The notes beneath the pieces were generated by a model that searched no databases, was not told where the DNA came from, and saw only the letters and a program-made list of their open reading frames with translations. A stretch of DNA of 63,951 bases, counting the filler, from Intoshia linei (Eukaryota > Animalia > Orthonectida): NCBI GenBank assembly GCA_001642005.1. It is 8 parts of 8 records of this genome, joined end to end, with 100 filler letters (N's around TTAATTAATTAA, not from the genome) between each part and the next. Parts side by side here need not be neighbours in the genome. Positions count along the whole stretch, not along the records: positions 49,384 to 59,035 come from LWCA01001345.1; positions 59,136 to 62,764 come from LWCA01002131.1; positions 62,865 to 63,951 come from LWCA01002799.1; 5 more parts are not named here. One strand, 5' to 3'. The position numbers and the translations under genes are program-made. Below, in pieces: positions 54,501 to 63,951 of the stretch (the first letter of the stretch is position 1; the number at the start of each line of letters is the position of its first letter).

Positions 54501-55753
54501 TATTTATATTTCATTTAGGAATAAACGTCTTTCTTGCTTTTTTTGTATTGCTATTACTTTTAGCTGATAGCATTCCACCTGCAACCGAAAAAATACCTTT
54601 AATAGGTAATTATTTGTAATATACACTGTATATTACTGGAAAACTTCGTTTAGTATCGTTTGATAACTTTTTACTATGTAGTTGCTAAATAAACGGTTCA
54701 GGTACTCGATAATTTTGAATTATAAACAATCATTAAAAAATAATATATACTACAAATGTAAATGTACAATGAACATATAGAGTTACATATAGAGTGGAGA
54801 CTCCACTATTGGCCAAATTAAAATAATTTCAAATTGTAGTATAATGGAACGGTACTGGACAGAGTTTTCCTGCATACTGTACACTGTCACGGCCGTGGAG
54901 ATGGACTAGAAGTTATATGCCCGGACCTACTGCTGGTTCTCCACAGCCCTGTACACTAAATATATTTCATACGAAATAATAAAATTAAAATTTAGGAGCT
55001 TATTTTGCACTAAACATGATACTAATAACATTATCATCATTCTTATCGGTGATAATAATAAATATTTACTACAGAGGCGACAATGATGCCAGAGTTCCAT
55101 ATATTTTGCGAAAGGTATGTTACAACTTTACTTTGTAACACCGTATTTAGATTTTTATTAATTTTTTGGCCAAAATTTTATTAGTATCAGGCCGAGAAGA
55201 TATAATGAAGTACTGTCAAAAGGATTTAAAAGCTCGGAGTCACATTGAACAGGCTTTACTAGACACAGAAGTCAAGACTAAGGACGAACCAAACTACTCA
55301 TTCAATAAGTCTATAAACACGAATGAGAAAAAATGTAAAATTGTGGATGAAAATTATCTATATACTTTCAAAAACAAGACTGTTTATACAGAATCTTCTA
55401 AAATCGGAGAAAAAGTGACGCCATCAGCAGCGGTTTCTCCATTCAGTTATAAACGTAATGATACAAACGAAAAAAATAACACGGAAACTACATGTGAAGA
55501 CAATCACATTAAAAATTTGATTAATAACTCAGATCATCGATATCTCAATAGTATGGCTCCAGATATTTGTCATGACATGCGAGAAATATGCTATACTATG
55601 AAATCTCTAGTCAATCGAATGAATAATAAAGACAAGTGTAGTAAAGTTGTTTTTGAATGGCGCATGGTTGGATATGTACTTGATCGAATCTTTTTTCTGG
55701 GGTACATTGTCACTATAACTGTTTCTTTATGGACAATCTTCCCTAAACCTTGA
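51584..55753 (+). CDS. Nicotinic acetylcholine receptor alpha-type subunit, predicted anion-selective (exons about 51584-51659, 51805-51998, 53582-53691, 53729-53884, 54158-54456, 54519-54605, 54996-55113, 55151-55753)
   Basis: Signal peptide, [19 protein letters not shown], Cys-loop [20 protein letters not shown], vicinal YPCC, four TM segments and [13 protein letters not shown]. Confidence 0.95.
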
Positions 55754-56949
55754 TATTATGATTTATTAATAAAACTAATTGTACAAGAAAATAGTATTGT
55801 ATTTCGATTAACTTATTGCCACAGAAAATTTTTTTTGGATGACCAGGGCTGTGTGGAAATGCTGGTACCAGCATTTCCACTGTTTTTCCAGCATAAGATT
55901 TCATATATTATATTGAATTTTAGCATATGTAAAATGAAAATATCACTAAAACCTTGTTAACCGTTTACTGTTCATACAAAAAGCGATGAAATTTAGAAAA
56001 AAATTTCTATGAAATATACGATGAAATTAGCTAATCTACAATTATTCATTTATAAAAAAAATTATAGGTTCATTAATAAGTAACAGTGTTAGAGTTATAA
56101 TGTGTTATTTAACTTTTTGACAAAAATGATGTTTTTGGTGCATTGGGATGTGTTTTTAATTGTTCCTAATGGGTAAATTTGATATAATTTAATGCCAACT
56201 TTTCAAATTAAAAAAATACCATTAATAAAGATGTTTAAAATAAAAGAATACAGCTTATTTTATGCGATTACCTCTAAATAATAATATATTTTTAATATTA
56301 TCATTGATTGATTGAATCATCATGGATCAAATCAATATCAATAAATATCATATATTACACATTTGATGTGAATACTGTGTACTGCAGTGTAAACTTGCAG
56401 TACCGACTACAGGGGTCGGCAACCTATAATGCACCATGTGCAGTATGGTGTGACTTCATTTCAATGGTGTTAGACAACAAATACTTAGTTATTTTGCCAT
56501 ATGATTATTACTGTAATATACAAATATTAGGTTGAATTTTATGTATTACGTATAACAGCACCTAGCTCTGCCGAGGGCACATTTTTATTCTACCAAAAAA
56601 ATAAATTCAAAAATTTAACTTAAAAATCTTAATTTTCACTATTTTTAATCCTTTAAAGGAGTGATTTCGAAACTTGTTTCAGGTGAAACCGTCATATCAC
56701 ATTACTTTTTACCCTTTCGTGACGAATGTAGCAAATTTGATAAAGTGCATTTTTGATTTGATAGAATTTACGGAGTACCAGGACTTTAAAATTCACAATA
56801 TTAAGTGGATATCATAAAGTTAAATGTTAGCGAAATTATTAAAATTTAATTGAATGAAAAAATCAATTTATAAATACGCTAATCATTAATAAATACCTTG
56901 ATTTTGTAAATGTTAACTAAAAATATTTTCCATAATATAATTATTTCTC

Positions 56950-58310
56950 AAGGTAGGCACATTTTATGCTGCCTACCCAGTGGTATTTTAGTACAGTTAG
57001 TTACATGAAGAGTACAATTTAAACTTAAAATTTATCAAGTTCATTAAATTATTTTATTCATCAATTTATCACTTATTATTTATTAGTAACAATAATAAAT
57101 TATTACTCACATTTTAAAGTATTATATTGCTATTTTAATCAGATAAATTTCTGATGTACTTTAAAAAATTGAACTTTTTAGAATATTATTTTTAATATAA
57201 AATAGATAGCATTAAACTTAAAATTTTTTTTAAATTATCCTTTCAAGAAAAGTGTCAATTAATTAGTAGCGGTAGACTAACGCCAAACATCGACATAATA
57301 CGATATAAAGGCGAAAAAATCGTAAGGACATTTTAATATTCGTGGTACAATAAAAATTATTGGATCTTTGGTTGTATAATAACAAATCGTTTGTATTGCT
57401 TTATATCCTTACTATTTTCTCACTCGAATGATAGTGTGTGGGTGAAAAACGGATATTGTGACATGAAAAATATAGCTAAGGCAATATCCAAGCACGAAAG
57501 ATCCAACATTCATTATCAAAATCAAATATCGATAAAAACGTTTGGTTCTACTCGAATTGAGCTAATGCTAGATAAAAAAAAATTCAATTGATATTCACAA
57601 TTCTAAGGTCAGAGAAAATCGAGAAATATTGAAAAAATTGATAGCTGCTACTTGTTTTCTAGTTAAACAAGAACTGGCCTTTCGTGAAAATAAAGAAAAT
57701 AAGAATTCATTAAATCGAGGTAATTACGTTGAATTAATCAAATATACCGCAAAATTTGATATCAAATTACAGGAACATTTAAACAATTCATCTGTATTTT
57801 CGGGACTGTCTAATTATGTGCAAAATGATTTACGTAATGATAAATTGAGTTACAAAACGATCTAAACTCAACTTTTTGTGAAATTGTTACACTAATATTG
57901 ACCATTCCAGCAACAACTCTTTCGTTGGAAAGATCTTTTTCCACTTTAAAGCGGATAAAATCTTTCAGTAAAAATAGAATCCTTAGTCAAAGATTGTTTT
58001 CTTTAGCATTGATATCAATTAAAAAATGAAGAATTGTGAAGATATAAGAGGATCATACATTTAATTTTTATAATAAATTAACAGATATTTTTTCTCGGTC
58101 TAAAGAACAATCATTTAATTTTAAATAAACTTGTACTTTTTTATACTACTCTATTGCTACATTTTGCTACATTTGAGCTGTTAAAAAATTTTTACGTTTT
58201 TGAAACATTAAAAAATTTTTGAATAAATGTTTGAAAATTAATGACATTTTTTAAAAACCTGTATATAAAAAATTTCCTTGGTAACATATTGTGCCTACCC
58301 AGACAATTTT
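56950..58310 (+). mobile_element. Internally deleted hAT element (TTF-zinc finger/ZMYM1-like transposase)
   Basis: LYCFISLLF..WVKNGY..ISKHERS, QELAFRE..NRGNYVEL and LTIPATT..ERSFSTLKRIK; TGCCTACCC/GGTAGGCA subterminal motifs at both ends. Confidence 0.8.
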
Positions 58311-59239
58311 ACTTTTTAATTAAATTTAACAAAATGAGAATTCACCATGCACAAAGCAATGAAACTTTTACGATAATTTTTTAAAAGTAACTTTATTTAA
58401 TTTTTATTGATGATTTATTATAATAATAGTAGTTAACAATAACACTTAATAATTAACAATGATTATTGTTGTTTTTTTTTAAAAAATTAATAATTGATAC
58501 AATTATTTGAAGATCCTCTTCGATTTTTGAAATTTTAATGGCTTTTTTTGTATTTCTTAATGCTCATTAAGCTGGGTCATTGACAGAAATAGCATTTTTC
58601 CCGCATTTCACATCCTTGATGAAGTAATCAGTGTGAAGGGTAAATTTGAGTTGATCACAGTTGTATATCCTTGTAAATATTGGATTAACTGTTGACGTTG
58701 ATTCCCAGGCAAAAATCATGGACATGTCATTGATTCTAGCCTGTTGTGTATCAGCGGCCTTCAATCATAACAGTAAATAACCATTGAAAGCCATAAAAGG
58801 AAATATTTTGCCTCATCAGTTTGATTAAATCCCAATATATAGGATTTATCACAATATAACATATGAAACATCCATCTTGCCTATTACACAGACCCGGTTT
58901 TTTTAGAGTCAATTGACAACGAAACATAATTCGTAATATACGGGTGCAACACACTTTATAATCATCTCGAAGACATTGCTATCGACAAATGACCGATTTA
59001 GCGTAATCCATGTTTAAACTATAAGATTCAATTGGNNNNNNNNNNNNNNNNNNNNNNNNNNNNNNNNNNNNNNNNNNNNTTAATTAATTAANNNNNNNNN
59101 NNNNNNNNNNNNNNNNNNNNNNNNNNNNNNNNNNNATTAAAATTATTTTTTAATTAAAAATAATCCTGTTGAGGAGATTTGTTATTATACAGTATTATAA
59201 TCAAAATATTTTTCCTTTTTTTTCTTGGACAGATTACAC

Positions 59240-61075
59240 TGTAATAAGTACTATGAGTTGTACTAAACAAGACTAAGTAATTTAATATTAAATTTAACAA
59301 GTGATAATATATTCTGTTATTGATTATGAACTTGACTTTATTACACCTCCCTGCTAAAATCATAGTCTTTAAGATGGGTAGGTATCCGTGTTTTCCTTTC
59401 AACTTGACGAGTTTTATAAAGGTTTTGTTCTTTAGAGAGAAGAGGATTATTTGGTTGATAATTATTGAAATGGTGAGAATTTACGCGAACTTTGCTATCA
59501 TAATTTTTTTTCATACGAGCAATGTACTTTTTTCTGTGTTCGGCACATTGGATATTAAACTTTTTTCTGTCAATTTTTGATTTTGGGAATAGCATTTCAA
59601 CTGGAGAGGCATTATTCTTCGATGAAGCACAAAAACGCAGTATAATTTTTCATCCCATTTTGCAAAATTTTCCTTACAGAGAATTCGTAATTTTTCATGC
59701 ATAGTACGATTTCCCCGTTCCACCATACCTATTTCATTGTGTTTGTAAGGTCTAGAGAAGGTATGATTAATATTAAACCTTTTGCATAATTCATCCATTA
59801 ATTTTGAATCAAATTGACGACCTTGGTCAGTTTGCAAACGATTTGGTGGCCCATACCGTAAGATAATGTTGCGCCATATCGCCAAAAATAGCGCCAAATG
59901 TAATATAGTGAAATTTATCATTGATTCGAGCGGGTTTCGAAGAAAATATTGTTGAAAATTTTTGAATGACTGTCTTATATACTTGAGGGCATGTCAGTAA
60001 TTTCAAACTCTCATTATTCAAAAGTGATAACTGTTTATTTTCAAATATAGAATTGACTTGAGATAGTAATCCTAAATTTCTGGAAATTCGACAACCTTAA
60101 ATATTTCTGTAATCAGTTACATGAAATTTTACTGGGTCGAGTAAACCGTGTATTTTAAGCTTAATTACACCATACGATGGAACATGTGAATTGTTGTATC
60201 CAGTTAACTTAATTAGACTACGATCTAGTTTCAGAAATAAGATTAATTTTAAAAGTTGCTGTTTATTTATAATGTTAACTCCTGACCTTGTATCTATCAA
60301 GAATTTTAAATTTACCGTATTATCTTTATAGTTCAATTTTACATCGGCAAAAATGGAATCCTCATCTGCATTTACATGGTTGAGATTTGATTTTTTATCT
60401 GATTTTACAAATTTGGTAGTTATATTTATCATTATTATCATTTTGCATTGAATGTATTACAGAAAATGTATCACAAATCTTTATAGTTTCAGTTAATTTT
60501 TGAGGACATTCTACTATTAATCAATATTGTAATTTCAAACTTCTACAATTTACTGCAATCATATCGTTAATGTGGTCATCTTTATTATCTCCAACCCCGC
60601 ATTTGTCAGCTTGTATGTCTAGACAATCGATAAAATTTTCATAGGTTTCTGTTAGATTTCGAAAAATTTTATAGAATTTAATTCTTTCACTAATAATATT
60701 TCCAGATTTCCATGATTTAATTTCGCGTTTGTACGCATTGTACGAATTAGCAGTATTAGCTCGATTTAATTTCCTTAAAGCCCTGGATCCTATGAAATTT
60801 TTGAGAAGATTCAAATTTCTTCCATCTTTTGGTTATCTCTTTATTTTCAGCAATCGTAAGATATCTTTCGAATTTATCCATCCAGTCATGACTCATTTGG
60901 CCGTTTTCGTAATATAATTCACCAGGAGGCTTTAATGCTTTATCCATTAAATTTTTGTTAATATTAAATTGTAATAAATACTATAAGTTGTAATTAACAA
61001 AACCATGTAATTTAATATTAAGTTTAACAAGTGATAATATATTCTGAAATTGATTATGAACTTGACTTTATTACA
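59240..61075 (-). mobile_element. Complete-ended but internally deleted Gypsy LTR retrotransposon (1836 bp)
   Basis: 106-bp LTRs at 59240-59345 and 60970-61075 (TGTAATAA..TTATTACA, about 10 mismatches); 5-bp TSD TACAC; PPT AGCAGGGAGG. Contains gag, protease (FLIDTRSGVNII) and partial integrase (TDQGRQF..GMVERGNRT) but no RT or RNase H. Confidence 0.92.
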
Positions 61076-61279
61076 TACACTACCAATATAATTTAATTGA
61101 AATATAATCTTAGAAATTGAAATATTAATTAATATCTAATCATTATTTATTATTAATCTCGCCTTATAAATACTGCAGCACATATATTAAATATTTTACG
61201 CTATTGAATATTTGATTTACGTTCATAATTTTTATATCAATTTCAATTCAATTTTATTGTAATTTTTTAAAATACCAAA

Positions 61280-62695
61280 AATCACCACAAGAATTGGAGA
61301 TATTTTGGTTGGTCTATTTGTCATTTTTCATCAAGTTTCATTTTTAATGAACAGAAGCTACCTACTAATAAAAATGTTCTTTGCAAAATATTGTTATAAA
61401 AGAATCAAAACATAATATTGCCATTTCGTGGTATTGCAAAAGAAATTTTCGATATATATTGTAAAACTTGATTGAATATAATAGGCATTGAACGTATTTA
61501 TGTTAAATTAAAATATTTATTTCAAAATTACAAAAATGAATTAAGAAATCCTAATTTTCATGTATCAAACAATTTTAAGCATGACTTAAATGCTTTATTT
61601 GAGGTTGCCAAATTCGACCAAAGCAAGACACTTAGTGAAGATATAGATTTTCTCGAGAAGCAAAAAATCGGAACAGGATATATGGCCAGGGAACAAAATG
61701 ATAATCCACATAAAAAAGAAATATTGGGTACCAGTAAAAGTGAAAAAAACTATTATATTAAAAAGAAAAATTGTCGTATGGCCNAGAATATTTTCAAAAA
61801 AAAATCAAAACATCATATTGCCATTTTGTGGTATTGCAAGAGAAATTTTCGATATATATTGTAAAACTGGATTGAATATAATAGGCATTGAACGTATTTA
61901 TGTTAAATTAAAATATTTATTTCAAAATTACAAAAATGCATTAAGAAATCCTAATTCTCATGTATCAAACAATTTTAAGCATGACTTAAATGCTTTATTT
62001 CAGGTTGCCAAATGCGACTATAGCAAGACACTTAGTGAAGATATAGATTTTCTCGAGAAGCAAAAAATCGGAACATAATATATGGCCAGGTAACAAAATG
62101 ATAATCCATCTTAAAAAAAATATTGGGTACCAATAAAAGTGAAAAAAACTATTATATTAAAAAGAAAAATTGTCGTACGGCCCGTCAATGTGGATCTTAT
62201 GGTAGTCCATCATTTAATTATGATATGTCAACTGAAGAAAATATATTTGAAGAGAAAGATGATTCTAAAATTAATATGTTACGCGTATGTGACTCTTAAC
62301 TTGACTCTATCTTGACTATTAAGGTGTATATTTTAAATATAAATAAAAGTCAATTAATGAAATCATTTCTATTATTTACAGCATATGGTTACATAACATT
62401 CTGGATGGATGCGGGCAGCGCTACGAATGCATACCATAATGATGTTCAAATGGAATAATTTTGGCATTAATTGAGTATTGCATCTATGTCCTTAAAAGTA
62501 CTATATGATGTTGTATTTAAGAAACATGATCTTCACAATTATTATATGGGGAAAGATGTTTTAGTTATTGGGATTGCACCAGTGGTTAATGATGCGGCAG
62601 AAAGAACTCTTGCAAAATTTAAGAGATGTTTAAATGTCACTAAAACTACAATAGAATTGCAAAAACTAGTATGCATTATAAACCATTTTAATTGA
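61280..62695 (+). mobile_element. hATm-like transposase remnant with an about 400-bp tandem duplication
   Basis: LPTNKNVL, EDIDFLEKQK and VVNDAAER motifs; 61386-61783 is repeated at 61785-62182 across a single N. Confidence 0.65.
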
Positions 62696-62864
62696 AATGA
62701 ACTAATTTCGATTTTTTTATAAGTTGATATTACAAAACTTCTTTACTAAGAGTTTATCAAAAAANNNNNNNNNNNNNNNNNNNNNNNNNNNNNNNNNNNN
62801 NNNNNNNNTTAATTAATTAANNNNNNNNNNNNNNNNNNNNNNNNNNNNNNNNNNNNNNNNNNNN

Positions 62865-63740
62865 GAGGGAGTACAGTTACACATTGGAACATATTCCAGG
62901 CAGAATGAACGACGTTGCGGATTGTTTATCACGTTTGCCATGTGACCAAAATGTGAAAAGAATTGATTTAAAATATGTCCATTTAATTGAAAATCATCCG
63001 TATTTAAGTAAAAAAGAAATTGATGAAGGTATCGATCAAGACGTGACAATTTGAAATATTAAATATTATTTTGTTAATGTTTGCAAATAATTTTGTAACT
63101 GAGAAATTAAAAAAGTTCTATGGTATAAAGTACGAATTGTGACTAAACGAAAATGTGTTAATGCGTGGAACTTCGTTAATTGTTCTATATGAGATTTAAC
63201 GTGAAAAATGTATTAGCTTGGCACATATATCTAACATAGGAAAAACCAAAACAAAGCGTTTACTTTGTAAATATTAATTGGTTTCCTTCAATGAATTTGA
63301 TAATTGTGTAGCTTGTGCTACAAGTGATAAACTAGTTATAACTTATAAAACAAAAATTTAACCAATTGAATTTCCTTAACGACCTTAAGAAACAATAAAA
63401 ATTAATTTAGTTGGGCCTATGTTTTACGTCCCTAAAAAAACTAGATATGGGCTAACGATCGTGGATCATTACTCTAAATGACCTGAATTTTATTTATTAC
63501 CGGAAACATCTACAATCAATATAATACGTGTAATGGAAAAAGTTTTTTCTCGTGAAAATATACCAAAAAAAATTATTTCAGATAATGGATTTCAGTTTAA
63601 ATCTGAATTATAGAGTAAATTTTTAAATCAAAATGGAATACAATCAATATATACTTTAAATTATCATTCTCAATCCAACGGATTAACGGAACGTTTAAAT
63701 AAAATAATAAAGGAAAATTTAAGGATTGAATATATGTAAA
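62865..63740 (+). pseudogene. Gypsy pol remnant (RNase H end and integrase)
   Basis: ADCLSRLP, LAH..IGKTKTK, INLVGP, TIVDHYSK*PE, IISDNGFQFKS and YHSQSNGLTERLNK with many stops. Confidence 0.85.
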
Positions 63741-63951
63741 GTAAAGATGCAACGTGCTAAATTAACTAAACAGGTTAAAAGATGCTAAAAAGTAACAAAA
63801 TTGCTATAAACAATAAAGATATTTCAAGAATACTTTATAAAGGTTGGTTTAAATTTTATGTATTCGTGACCCTTTATTAACATTTCTTTATATTTCAGTA
63901 ATAATTTTAACTTTATTTTAAAATGTTATGTTACCAAGGAACCAATACCAA

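Noticed and set aside
5640-62864. Regularly recurring TTAATTAATTAA flanked by Ns as a biological repeat or CRISPR-like array
   Set aside because: These are identical 100-bp N-padded linkers with six-frame stops, an assembly artefact. Gene neighbourhoods across them were not interpreted.

Overview
This is very AT-rich animal (eukaryotic) genomic DNA, not prokaryotic. The window is a concatenation of eight sequence pieces joined by seven identical artificial 100-bp linkers (44 N + TTAATTAATTAA + 44 N), so adjacency across linkers is unproven. Host genes have many very short GT-AG introns (about 34-45 nt). Genes I can reconstruct: Ero1 (3' part), MRPS22, a DN-cadherin-like classical cadherin (5' part), eIF5 (5' end), LRRFIP-like (3' part), ZC2HC1-like (3' part), RPL23/uL14, MRPL22 with a tRNA-Ala(CGC) in an intron, and a complete nicotinic acetylcholine receptor alpha subunit with an anion-type Pro-Ala M2 motif. 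The rest is a dense collection of degraded transposons: hAT (Buster, hATm, ZMYM-like), Tc1, mariner, Tigger, MULE, THAP/P-like, piggyBac-like ends, Helitron-like repeats and Gypsy LTR elements, often nested and with readable TSDs. The anion-type nAChR, tiny introns and base composition suggest a compact lophotrochozoan genome such as the orthonectid Intoshia; this is inference only. The best novelty candidate is a pair of related Gypsy elements with very short LTRs and no tRNA primer-binding site, whose post-LTR sequence is complementary to their own LTR (possible Tf1-like self-priming). No CRISPR array or prokaryotic system is present. All alignments were done by eye.
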